Program-made: the position numbers and the translations under genes | Shown here: positions 10,835 through 19,662 of the stretch, in pieces | How the letters are laid out: each line of letters begins with the position of its first letter | Numbering within the stretch: the first letter of the stretch is position 1 | The notes under the pieces: model-generated | Database searches by the model: none | What the model was told of the DNA's origin: nothing | Seen by the model: the letters and a program-made list of their open reading frames with translations, nothing else | Source of the DNA: Clostridia bacterium | Lineage (GTDB): Bacteria; Bacillota; Clostridia; TANB77; CAG-508 | Assembly (NCBI GenBank): GCA_045643205.1 | Contig: JAZUKI010000007.1 | Coordinates: forward strand, 55,026 to 119,025 | DNA length: 64,000 bases | Direction: 5' to 3'

Positions 10835-12385
10835 ATGAAAAAGACATTAAGAATTATCACTCTTATTGTTCTTGTAGTAATGATTTTCTCTGCTTTTTCA
10901 GTAGCATTTGCTTCACCTGTTGCTAAGGCTGAAGCTACAATGTCTCTAGTTAAAGAAGAAATTGCTTCAGGAACATTTGGTGAAAACAACTATGGTGCTT
11001 ACAGAAAAGAAAAGGTTAACTTTGATGCAGCAAAGAAATTGATTGATATCAAATTAACTGTAACAAATAATGCACCAGAACCAAAATCACACGAGGAAGA
11101 AATTCCTGCTGATGTTCCAGGAGAAATTGTTTACTTAATTGATATTTCTAGATCAATGAGTGTTAATGAAGTAACAATTAATGGTCAAACAACTACAAGA
11201 AAAGCTGCAGTTTTAAATGCTGCTAAGATTTTAACTGATAAGTTATTTGCTCAAAACAAAGATTTAAAAGTTGGTGTTGTTGGTTATTCAACTACAACTC
11301 AAGTTTTAAATCCTGACAAACGTGGAACACTTGATGATGCTGTTATCTTTACAGAAAATTTAGTTACAACTAAAGATGCTGTAAACTCTGTATTTGATAC
11401 AGTTGCAACAACAGTAAAAGGTGATACTACAGATATTCAAATGGGATTAAGAGCTGCTCAATCTTTATTTACAGATTCAACAACAGCTAAAAAATATATT
11501 GTTTTATTAACAGATGGTATTCCAAATGTTGCTGAAGGAATTATTCCTACAGTAAAATCTGATGGAACAGGATTTGAAAGCGCATATGATATGGATGTTT
11601 TCAATCCAACAAAAAACGAAGTTAAAGGCTTAAAATCAAAAGGAATTAATTTAGTTTCTATTTTAATTAATATGTTAGATATTGAATTACCTATTTCTAC
11701 TATGACTCCTGCTGAAATGCAAACAATGTATGAAGCTATTGGAAGAAATATTAGTGAAGCTGGTGAAAAGCCAACATATTTAGATGTTTCTAAATTTATA
11801 TTTGGTACAGAATCAAAACCAACTACTGGTACTGTATACTACATACCAACAGATAATGATATTTACAAATATATAACAGAATCTGTTTATGATTCACTTA
11901 TAGGAGATCCTATTAAGAAAACAGTAATTGATGTTCCTGAATATAATTTAACTGATATTGTTTTAAAGGATTATTTCCCAGCAAATATCGTTGCAAACTT
12001 TGATAAAGCTGAATTAATTGAAGCTTCTAAAGGAACAGTTTCAGCTAAAATTGATGCTTCAGATAATTCAATTACTTGGACAATTGGTGATTTAAAACCT
12101 CAAGAAACAGCAACATATACTTATAGATTAACTTTAAAAGATAAATTTGATAGTTCTATTATTGGAAAAAATCTTCCAACAAATGAAAAAATTACAATTA
12201 CTTATGAAGAAAATGATAAACCTGGAACTCCTGTAGAAGATACAAGATGCCCTGTTGTTATCTTAGATGTAACACCTAAAAAAGTTATTCCACAAACTGG
12301 TGAGAATACATTAGCTTTTGTAGGAATTGCATTATTAGTAATAAGTACAATTGGTACAGTTTCTTACATTAAGTCAAGAAGATAA
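10835..12385 (+). CDS. Secreted von Willebrand factor A domain surface protein with sortase-like anchor
   Basis: Signal peptide, MIDAS motif DISRS...T...LLTDG, an Ig-like/DUF11-like segment (ITWTIGDLKPQETATYTY), then IPQTG, a hydrophobic stretch and a basic tail (KSRR). Confidence 0.8.
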   Translation: MKKTLRIITLIVLVVMIFSAFSVAFASPVAKAEATMSLVKEEIASGTFGENNYGAYRKEKVNFDAAKKLIDIKLTVTNNAPEPKSHEEEIPADVPGEIVYLIDISRSMSVNEVTINGQTTTRKAAVLNAAKILTDKLFAQNKDLKVGVVGYSTTTQVLNPDKRGTLDDAVIFTENLVTTKDAVNSVFDTVATTVKGDTTDIQMGLRAAQSLFTDSTTAKKYIVLLTDGIPNVAEGIIPTVKSDGTGFESAYDMDVFNPTKNEVKGLKSKGINLVSILINMLDIELPISTMTPAEMQTMYEAIGRNISEAGEKPTYLDVSKFIFGTESKPTTGTVYYIPTDNDIYKYITESVYDSLIGDPIKKTVIDVPEYNLTDIVLKDYFPANIVANFDKAELIEASKGTVSAKIDASDNSITWTIGDLKPQETATYTYRLTLKDKFDSSIIGKNLPTNEKITITYEENDKPGTPVEDTRCPVVILDVTPKKVIPQTGENTLAFVGIALLVISTIGTVSYIKSRR

Positions 12386-12454
12386 TCATAATTTAAATCT
12401 ATAAATATAAATAAAAATCAAGTTTTATACTTGAATAAAAATTAAGTTTTATAT

Positions 12455-12486
12455 AAAAAAGAGCAAGTTTTATACTTGCTCTTTTT
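12455..12486. terminator. Bidirectional intrinsic terminator between the VWA gene and rpsI
   Basis: AAAAAAGAGCAAGT-TTTAT-ACTTGCTCTTTTT; a second hairpin AAGCCCGT-ATAAA-ACGGGCTT lies at about 12513-12533. Confidence 0.75.
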
Positions 12487-12549
12487 GTTTGTATTGTTTT
12501 AGGCATAATAAAAAGCCCGTATAAAACGGGCTTGAATATTTGAAATAAA

Positions 12550-12954
12550 TTATCTCTTTGAGAATTGTGGTGCTTTTCTTGCTTTTTTAAGACCATATTT
12601 CTTTCTCTCTTTTTCACGAGAGTCTCTAGTTAATAATCCAGCTTTCTTTAATAATGATCTGTATTCTTCTCTGTTTGCTTCATTTAAAGCTCTTGCAATT
12701 CCATGTCTAACTGCTCCAGCTTGTCCGCTGAATCCACCACCTGTAACTTTAGCATCTACATCAAATTTTCCTAATGTATCTGTAATTGTTAATGGTTGTT
12801 TAACTATAACTTTTAATGTTTCTTCACCGAAAAATTCTTCAATATCTTTTCCGTTGATTGTTATTTTTCCTTTTCCTTCTGTTAGTCTAACTCTGGCAAT
12901 TGAACTTTTTCTTCTTCCTGTTCCTAAGTAAGCATCTTTATTTGATTTAGCCAT
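12550..12954 (-). CDS. rpsI: 30S ribosomal protein S9
   Basis: [12 protein letters not shown]...GGG.SGQAGA.RHG...[19 protein letters not shown]. Confidence 0.99.
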   Translation of the reverse strand: MAKSNKDAYLGTGRRKSSIARVRLTEGKGKITINGKDIEEFFGEETLKVIVKQPLTITDTLGKFDVDAKVTGGGFSGQAGAVRHGIARALNEANREEYRSLLKKAGLLTRDSREKERKKYGLKKARKAPQFSKR

Positions 12955-13009
12955 GTAAGTTTTACCTCCTATTTAATATTAATTCTTTTTATTATAAATC
13001 TAATCTAAA

Positions 13010-13444
13010 TTAGAATTCCCATTTTTCTGGTTTTTGTGCTGCTTGATCATGTTCAGCTCCGGCATAAACTTTTAATTTCTTTAATTGTTTAGCACCTAAG
13101 CTATTATGTGGTAACATTCCTTTTACTGCAATGTACATTGCTTTTTCAGGATTTTTTTCCATCATAACTGCTGCAGAAACTTCTGTCATGTTTCCAATAT
13201 ATCCAGTAAAATGTGTATATTTCTTTTCATTTAATTTGTTTCCTGTTAAGTTTGCTTTTCCGCAATTAACAATTATAACAAAATCACCAGCATCTGCGTT
13301 TGGTGTAAATGTTGGTTTATGTTTTCCTCTTAGTAATCTTGCTGCTTCTGCTGCTACTCTACCTAAAGATTTGTTTTCAGCGTCAATTATATACCATTTT
13401 CTTTCAACTTCATTGTTTTTAGCCATATATGTTGTATTATTCAT
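13010..13444 (-). CDS. rplM: 50S ribosomal protein L13
   Basis: WYIIDA...LGR.A...[11 protein letters not shown]; start reassigned to ATG 13444 after SD GAGGGAGG. Confidence 0.98.
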   Translation of the reverse strand: MNNTTYMAKNNEVERKWYIIDAENKSLGRVAAEAARLLRGKHKPTFTPNADAGDFVIIVNCGKANLTGNKLNEKKYTHFTGYIGNMTEVSAAVMMEKNPEKAMYIAVKGMLPHNSLGAKQLKKLKVYAGAEHDQAAQKPEKWEF

Positions 13445-13489
13445 GGTAAAATTTCCTCCCTCATTAAAAATAAAATAATATATATGAAA

Positions 13490-13525
13490 CCTTTTAAAAC
13501 TACCGGGGAGTGTCTTAAAAGTCAT
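13490..13525 (-). promoter_or_regulatory. L13 ribosomal protein leader
   Basis: Hairpin TTTTAAGAC-ACTCCCCGGTA-GTTTTAAAA with a CCCCGG loop, as in Firmicute rplM leaders. Promoter TTGACT-17-TAAAAT at 13578-13550. Confidence 0.65.
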
Positions 13526-13596
13526 ATTACATATCAATCATGCTTTTCTATTTTAATACAATAGTAATAAAAAGTCAATGTTTTTTCAAAAATTGG

Positions 13597-13625
13597 TTGA
13601 CTTTTCTCTATTTTCGTAGTATTAT
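13597..13625 (+). promoter_or_regulatory. Sigma-A promoter of the infC operon
   Basis: TTGACT-17 nt-TATTAT, back-to-back with the rplM promoter. Confidence 0.75.
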
Positions 13626-13639
13626 TAATAACGTATTAG

Positions 13640-13748
13640 AAAGAAGCAATCACTGCTCACCTTAACTTGTTAGGAAAAGGTTATAACTTATTTTTTATAT
13701 TTTAGGTTATATTTGAGTAGTGGATTGGCTTGTGCCAATCTTTTTTTA
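13640..13748 (+). promoter_or_regulatory. L20 leader attenuator
   Basis: AGAAGCA..CACTGCTCACCT...GAGTAGTG followed by terminator GATTGGC-TTGT-GCCAATC-T7 upstream of infC-rpmI-rplT, matching the Firmicute L20 leader layout. Confidence 0.75.
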
Positions 13749-13793
13749 TTGCTTTTTATCTAGTTCAATGAAATGAATTGGAGGTGTTGTCAC

Positions 13794-14315
13794 ATAAAAC
13801 AAGAATTACTTATTAATGGACAAATAAGAGCTAATGAAGTTGAAGTTATCGATGATAACGGTGGAAAACTTGGAGTTATGTCTCTAGAAAAAGCTTTAGA
13901 TTTAGCTGGTAGTAAAGAATTAGATTTAGTTTTAGTTGCTCCTAATAATGAGCCTAAACTTTGCAAACTTATGAATTATGGTAAATATAAGTTTGAACAA
14001 GCTAAAAAAGAAAAAGAAGCTAAGAAAAAACAAAAAGTTACTGAAATTAAAGAAATTAGAATTACTCCAAATACTGATACTCATGATATTGAGTTCAAGA
14101 CAAAAAATGCTAAAAAGTTTCTTGAAGAAGGCAACAAAGTTAGAATCACAGTTAAGTTTAGAGGACGTGAAATGAGTTATACTAAACTTGGTGAAGAAAC
14201 AATGAATCAAATTATCGCAGGATTAGATGATATTGCAACTGTTGAAAAAGCTCCTAAAATGGAAGGCAGAAATATGTTTGCAATTGTAGCACCAAAGACT
14301 GCTGATAAAAAATAA
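13794..14315 (+). CDS. infC: Translation initiation factor IF-3 (non-canonical ATA start)
   Basis: IN.QIRA.EV...YGKYKFEQ.KK...FRGRE. SD GGAGGTG lies 7 nt before ATA 13794, the usual autoregulatory non-ATG start of infC. Confidence 0.95.
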   Translation: MKQELLINGQIRANEVEVIDDNGGKLGVMSLEKALDLAGSKELDLVLVAPNNEPKLCKLMNYGKYKFEQAKKEKEAKKKQKVTEIKEIRITPNTDTHDIEFKTKNAKKFLEEGNKVRITVKFRGREMSYTKLGEETMNQIIAGLDDIATVEKAPKMEGRNMFAIVAPKTADKK

Positions 14316-14447
14316 TTTTATATTGTTTATTTGGTTAGCTGAATGTGTTAAACGTTTCGCTACTATAATAATAAATTTCAATAATAATCACCGCTCTTTA
14401 TTTAAAGACTGGTTTAGATTAAACACTATATTTAAGGAGGATTAATT

Positions 14448-14651
14448 ATGCCAAAGTTAAAAACAAACAAGGCTGCTAAGAAAAGATATAGCTATACAGC
14501 TACAGGAAAAGTTAAAAGAACAAAATCAAACAGAAGACATTTATTAGGAAATAAAACAAACAGACAAAAAGCTTCAGGAAGTGTATTAAACGCATATGTT
14601 GATAAAACTTCTATGGAACATGTAAAGAATTTATTACCTTATGGAGATTAA
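14448..14651 (+). CDS. rpmI: 50S ribosomal protein L35
   Basis: MPKLKTNKAAKKR...TATGK...H.L..K...LLPYG; operon context. Confidence 0.97.
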   Translation: MPKLKTNKAAKKRYSYTATGKVKRTKSNRRHLLGNKTNRQKASGSVLNAYVDKTSMEHVKNLLPYGD

Positions 14652-14702
14652 TTAGAATTTAATTTTATCAATAGAGTTTGATAAACAGAAAGGAGATTTA
14701 AA

Positions 14703-15059
14703 ATGGCAAGAGTTAAAACAGCTATTATAACAAGAAAGAAACATAAAAAAATAATTAAAAGAGCAAAAGGATTTTTCGGTGCAAAGCACTACAGATTTAG
14801 ACAAGCTAAACAACAAGTTATGAAATCTGGAGCATATGCTTATGTAGGAAGAAAAGATAAAAAATCTGATTTCAGAAAATTATGGATTGCAAGAATTAAT
14901 GCTGCAGCTAGAATGAACAATACAACATACAGCAAATTAATCGCTGGATTAAAAGCTGCTAATGTTACTGTTAATAGAAAAATGTTAGCTGAATTAGCAG
15001 TTAATGATGCTAAAGCTTTCACAGAACTTTGCAAAGTTGCTGAAAAAGCTAGCAAATAA
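14703..15059 (+). CDS. rplT: 50S ribosomal protein L20
   Basis: MARVK...AKGF.G...[14 protein letters not shown]...[10 protein letters not shown]. Confidence 0.99.
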   Translation: MARVKTAIITRKKHKKIIKRAKGFFGAKHYRFRQAKQQVMKSGAYAYVGRKDKKSDFRKLWIARINAAARMNNTTYSKLIAGLKAANVTVNRKMLAELAVNDAKAFTELCKVAEKASK

Positions 15060-15118
15060 TTTTGGTTTATCTTTCTAGTTGCTTATGCAATTAGAAAATA
15101 AATAATAACTTATAATGT

Positions 15119-15152
15119 AAAAAAAGATTGATATAAAATCAATCTTTTTTTT
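15119..15152. terminator. Bidirectional terminator between rplT and veg
   Basis: AAAAAAAGATTGAT-ATAAA-ATCAATCTTTTTTT. Confidence 0.8.
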
Positions 15153-15268
15153 ATTTGCTTTATTTAATTAAATCTAGTCTTATAATCTAGCTTTATAATT
15201 TACTTTCTATATTATAATATTATAATATTTTATACTCGCTATTATTTAGTCAGATCAGCCATCTAATC

Positions 15269-15667
15269 TTATAGTTCAGCTTTTGGCTCAACTTTTGAAA
15301 TCATTGGTTGTGTTGTTCCTTCTGTTTGGCTTCCGATTCCTTCAGCTGCTACTTGGATACCAGCATTTATTGAAGAATTTCTTGGTCTTCTTGTTTTCTT
15401 AATAAGTGGTGGCATTAGTGACTTGTACTCGTTTCCATCGAAAGCATCTACTTCAACAGTACGTGTCAAAACATCCTTATATTGATAAGAAACACTTCTA
15501 TCATTTTCGTGATATTTTACAACGAAGATGTTAGGATATGTCTTCTCAATAGTAGCCTCCTTCTCAAATAATTTACTTCTTCCTAAAGATCCTTTTACAA
15601 TAATCTTTTCGCCAACTCTATTGGCAATATTGCTTTTTAAATTTGAAATATCATTTTGGTAAATCAT
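15269..15667 (-). CDS. veg: Veg family protein with C-terminal extension
   Basis: VGEKIIVKGSLGRSK....EATIEKTYPNIFVV......SYQYKDVLTRTVE. Confidence 0.85.
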   Translation of the reverse strand: MIYQNDISNLKSNIANRVGEKIIVKGSLGRSKLFEKEATIEKTYPNIFVVKYHENDRSVSYQYKDVLTRTVEVDAFDGNEYKSLMPPLIKKTRRPRNSSINAGIQVAAEGIGSQTEGTTQPMISKVEPKAEL

Positions 15668-15857
15668 TTAATCACCCACTTTTCTCTAACGTTGTACTTA
15701 TAATATCATTTTTTTGGCGTTTTTGCAAAAAAATTATGTTACGTAATCCTTGTGTCCGTAGAGAAATAAGGCATTTCAAGAAATATTACAATAATATTAC
15801 ATTTGTAATTTTTCTTCCATTTTATGTCAACTAATTGGCGTGGTTATTGATACAAAA

Positions 15858-15891
15858 GAAGAACCCGATTTTATAAAAATCGGGTTCTTTT
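15858..15891 (-). terminator. valS terminator
   Basis: AAGAACCCGATTTT-ATA-AAAATCGGGTTCTT hairpin. Confidence 0.75.
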
Positions 15892-15943
15892 ACTCTTACT
15901 GTTTGCATAATATTTTTACGATTCTATATGCTTTTCCAAACTT

Positions 15944-18637
15944 TTACATTTTTGCTAATCTGATTTTAATATCATTTAACATTTGTGTGTATTTTTCTAA
16001 TTTTTCTTTTTCTTCATTTACTTTTTCAGCTGGTGCTTTAGCTAAAAATCCTTGATTGTTTAGAATTCCTTGGCTACGTTTTACTTCGCCTTCTAATTTT
16101 GCTAATTCTCCTTCAAGTCTCTTCTTTTCTTCTTCTACATCAACTAATTCATTAAATGGCATATATAAATTAATTTCATCTTCTGGTATTGAAACTGCAT
16201 TTTCATCAATTCCTGTATTATCATTTTGAATTGCAACTTCATTACCAAATGCTAATTTACAAACAAAGCTTTCAGCTTCTTTTAGTTCGGTACCAAACTT
16301 ACTTGTAACAAATATTAATTTTACTTTTTTGCTTGGATGAACATTCATGTTTGTTCTAATGTTTCTTACTTTAACAATTATATCTTTCATTTTTTCAACG
16401 AAATCTATTTCATTCTTGTAATCGCTATCTATTGCTGTTGGCCAGCTTGAAAGCATTAGTTCTCCATCTTTTTCTGTTTTTATATGATTATAAATTTCTG
16501 TAGTAACAAATGGCATAAATGGATGTAATAATTTTAATAATGTTCTTAATGCGTATTGTAATGTAATTGAAGTTGCAACTTTTGCTTCTTCATCTTCTCC
16601 ATTTAATCTTGTTTTGCTCATTTCAATAAACCAGTCACAGAATTCATCCCAAATAAATGAATATAAATTATCTACTGCAATTCCTAAATCGTATTTATCA
16701 ATATTGGTTGAAATTTCTTCGATTAATTTATTTAACTTTCCAATCATCCATTTATCTTCAATTGTTAAGTTTGCTTTTTCAAAAACAGTGTTCCAATCAA
16801 TTCCGTTTTCTGTTGAATTTTCTTCAATTAATGAATTGTCTATGTTTTCACATGACATGATAACATATTTTGCAGCATTCCAAATTTTGTTTGCAAAATT
16901 TGATGCTTGATCTAGTTTTTCAGGCATATACTTAATATCATTTCCCATTGTTGTTCCTGATAATAATGAGAATCTTAAAGCATCTGCTCCATATTGTTCA
17001 ACTATATCTAATGGATCAATTCCATTTCCTAATGATTTTGACATCTTTCTTCCTTGGCTATCACGTACTAAACCATGAATAACGATATCGCTGAATGGTT
17101 TTTCATCAACACATTCATATGCTGAGAATATCATTCTTGATACCCAGAAAGTAATAATATCATATCCTGTAACTAAAGCGTTTGTTGGATAAAATCTCTT
17201 TAAGTCTTCTGCATCTTTGTTTGGCCAACCTAATGTTGAAAATGGCCATAATGCTGAACTGAACCATGTATCAAGTGTATCTTCGTCTTGATGTATATGT
17301 TCACTTCCACATTTATCGCATTTTGCAGGTGCTTCTTTAGCAACTATTATATTATCGCAATCTTCACAATAATATGCTGGAATTCTATGTCCCCACCATA
17401 ATTGTCTTGAGATACACCAATCTCTAATGTTGTACATCCAATTGAAGTATGTTTTTTCATACTTTTTAGGAACAAATTTAACATCGCCATTTTCTACTGC
17501 TTTAATTGCTGGCTCTGCCAACTTTTTCATAGCAACAAACCATTGATCAGAAATTCTTGGTTCAATAATATTGTGGCATCTGTAGCAAGTTCCTACATCA
17601 TGTGTATAATCTTCTATTGAAACTAAGCTTCCAATTTCTTTTAACTTTTCTACAATTGGTTCTCTTGCTTCTATTGATGTCATTCCTTCATATTCAGGAA
17701 CAATATCGTTCATGATTGAACTATCATCAAATACTTCAATAACTTCTAAGTTGTGTCTCATTCCTGCTTCATAATCATTAGGATCATGTGCTGGAGTTAT
17801 TTTAACGCAACCTGTACCAAATTCCATATCTACAAATTCATCAGCTATAATTGGAATCTCACGATTAACTATAGGTAATATACATTTTCTTCCGATGATA
17901 TTTGTATATCTTGTATCTTTTGGATTAACTGCAACTGCTGTATCTCCAAGCATTGTTTCTGGACGAGTTGTAGCAACTTCTACATAATCAGGTATTCCCT
18001 TTTCTGTATCATCTTTAACAATTTTATATCTTAGATGCCATAAGTGTGATGGTTGAGAAATATATTCAACCTCTGCATCTGAAATTGTTGTATGACAATT
18101 AGGACACCAGTTAATCATTCTTTTGCCTTTATAAATTAAACCTTTATTGTAAAGATTTATAAAGAACTCTAAAACTGCATTTGATAAACCTTCATCTAAA
18201 GTAAATCTATTTCTTTCCCAATCGCAAGAACATCCAATTTTTCTTTGTTGTTCTTGAATTGTTCCACCATATAAATGTGTCCAATCCCAAGCTTCTTTTA
18301 AGAAACCTTCTCTTCCTAGGTCATCCTTTGTTTTGCCTTCTTTTTTAATTTTATCAACTACTTTTACTTCTGTTGCAATAGCGGCGTGGTCTGTTCCTGG
18401 AAGCCATAAAGTATTATATCCTTGCATTCTCTTTGTTCTTATTAAAGCATCTTGGATAGCCCCATCAAGAGCATGTCCCATGTGTAATTTTCCTGTTACG
18501 TTTGGAGGTGGCATCACAATTGAATATGATTTTGCTCCCTCTTTATTTCCTGCTTTAAAGCAACCGCTTTCTTCCCATTGTTTATATAAATCTGCTTCGA
18601 AATCCTTTGGATTAAATTTATTTTCTATATTTTTCAT
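15944..18637 (-). CDS. valS: Valine--tRNA ligase
   Basis: PPPNVTGKLHMGHA, DWCISRQLWWGHRIP, KMSKS and C-terminal coiled coil. Confidence 0.99.
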   Translation of the reverse strand: MKNIENKFNPKDFEADLYKQWEESGCFKAGNKEGAKSYSIVMPPPNVTGKLHMGHALDGAIQDALIRTKRMQGYNTLWLPGTDHAAIATEVKVVDKIKKEGKTKDDLGREGFLKEAWDWTHLYGGTIQEQQRKIGCSCDWERNRFTLDEGLSNAVLEFFINLYNKGLIYKGKRMINWCPNCHTTISDAEVEYISQPSHLWHLRYKIVKDDTEKGIPDYVEVATTRPETMLGDTAVAVNPKDTRYTNIIGRKCILPIVNREIPIIADEFVDMEFGTGCVKITPAHDPNDYEAGMRHNLEVIEVFDDSSIMNDIVPEYEGMTSIEAREPIVEKLKEIGSLVSIEDYTHDVGTCYRCHNIIEPRISDQWFVAMKKLAEPAIKAVENGDVKFVPKKYEKTYFNWMYNIRDWCISRQLWWGHRIPAYYCEDCDNIIVAKEAPAKCDKCGSEHIHQDEDTLDTWFSSALWPFSTLGWPNKDAEDLKRFYPTNALVTGYDIITFWVSRMIFSAYECVDEKPFSDIVIHGLVRDSQGRKMSKSLGNGIDPLDIVEQYGADALRFSLLSGTTMGNDIKYMPEKLDQASNFANKIWNAAKYVIMSCENIDNSLIEENSTENGIDWNTVFEKANLTIEDKWMIGKLNKLIEEISTNIDKYDLGIAVDNLYSFIWDEFCDWFIEMSKTRLNGEDEEAKVATSITLQYALRTLLKLLHPFMPFVTTEIYNHIKTEKDGELMLSSWPTAIDSDYKNEIDFVEKMKDIIVKVRNIRTNMNVHPSKKVKLIFVTSKFGTELKEAESFVCKLAFGNEVAIQNDNTGIDENAVSIPEDEINLYMPFNELVDVEEEKKRLEGELAKLEGEVKRSQGILNNQGFLAKAPAEKVNEEKEKLEKYTQMLNDIKIRLAKM

Positions 18638-18705
18638 AATTATTATTCTTTAAAAAGTTTTTTCCTAAGTGCTGCTTGCTTAAAAACTCCTTATTTCACT
18701 CCTCT

Positions 18706-18885
18706 CTATTTTACAAATATTATAAATAGCAGCAAGCTTGCCACGCAGACGAGTGTTCCAATAATTTTAATAACCAAAGTTGATTTGTTTTGGTCTTGTG
18801 CTGTAAAGTATTTTTTTGTCAATGTTCTAGACGAAAAAATTAATTGAACGCCTACTGTCATCATAATAATAAAAATAAGACTCAT
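18706..18885 (-). CDS. Small two-TM membrane protein (59 aa), unannotated
   Basis: SD GAAGGAG, then MSLIFIIMMTVGVQLIFSSRTLTKKYFTAQDQNKSTLVIKIIGTLVCVASLLLFIIFVK*; below the ORF-track length cutoff. Confidence 0.7.
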   Translation of the reverse strand: MSLIFIIMMTVGVQLIFSSRTLTKKYFTAQDQNKSTLVIKIIGTLVCVASLLLFIIFVK

Positions 18886-19013
18886 GATAATAACTCCTTC
18901 CTTTAAAGTATGTTCTAATTATACTATGTTATCTTTTAAAAAACAAGAAAAAGTATTGATTTATAAGCTTTTAAAGCAAAAAATCAATACGTAATTTAAC
19001 TTGATTTTTCCAC

Positions 19014-19044
19014 AAAAAAAGCTTTGCTTAGAAGCAAAGCTTTT
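19014..19044 (-). terminator. greA terminator
   Basis: AAAAGCTTTGCT-TAGA-AGCAAAGCTTTT with a U-tract on the minus strand. Confidence 0.8.
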
Positions 19045-19054
19045 CATTATTTTT

Positions 19055-19534
19055 TTATTTTTTAATTGCTAAAATTTTAAATTTAGCAACAGCTCCATTT
19101 GGAAGTTTTGCTTCTACTGTTTGGTTTTTCTTAGCACCAATTAAAGCACTTCCAATAGGTGATTCGTTTGAAATTTTGTTTTCTGCAATGTTTACTTCTG
19201 TTGAACCTACGATTGTATATACAACATCTTCATTCATGTCTTCATCATGAACTTTAACTGAATTTCCTACTTGAACTGTTTTTGTATCAATTTCTGATTC
19301 GTCAATAATTTTAGCATGTCTTAATTTATTTTCTAATTCAATAATTTTATTTTCGTTAATTTCTTGAGCTGACTTTGCTTCATCATATTCTGAATTTTCT
19401 GATAAGTCACCATAGCTTAAAGCTATTTTAATTCTTTCAGCAATAGCGCTTCTTTCAGTTGTTTTTAAATTTTCTAATTCTGCCTCTAATTTATCATATC
19501 CTTCTTGTGATAAAATTACTTCTTGTTCGTCCAT
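19055..19534 (-). CDS. greA: Transcription elongation factor GreA
   Basis: GDLSENSEYDEAK, ISNESPIG.AL; promoter TTGACA-17-TAAAAT at 19640-19612. Confidence 0.97.
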   Translation of the reverse strand: MDEQEVILSQEGYDKLEAELENLKTTERSAIAERIKIALSYGDLSENSEYDEAKSAQEINENKIIELENKLRHAKIIDESEIDTKTVQVGNSVKVHDEDMNEDVVYTIVGSTEVNIAENKISNESPIGSALIGAKKNQTVEAKLPNGAVAKFKILAIKK

Positions 19535-19662
19535 AGTTGTACCTCCTTCATTATTTATGAATGTAATAGATATATTTAAATGAACAACTTAAAAATCTAC
19601 GTACGTGAAACATTTTAGTATTTTTTGTCCGCCTTGTCAAGAAATTTCATTTATTTTTATAT

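Noticed and set aside
12399-12617. 72-aa ORF overlapping the rpsI 3' end
   Set aside because: It runs through two terminator hairpins and has no SD or recognisable motif.
13773-13796. ATA start of infC as a novelty
   Set aside because: Non-canonical infC starts are well-established autoregulation.
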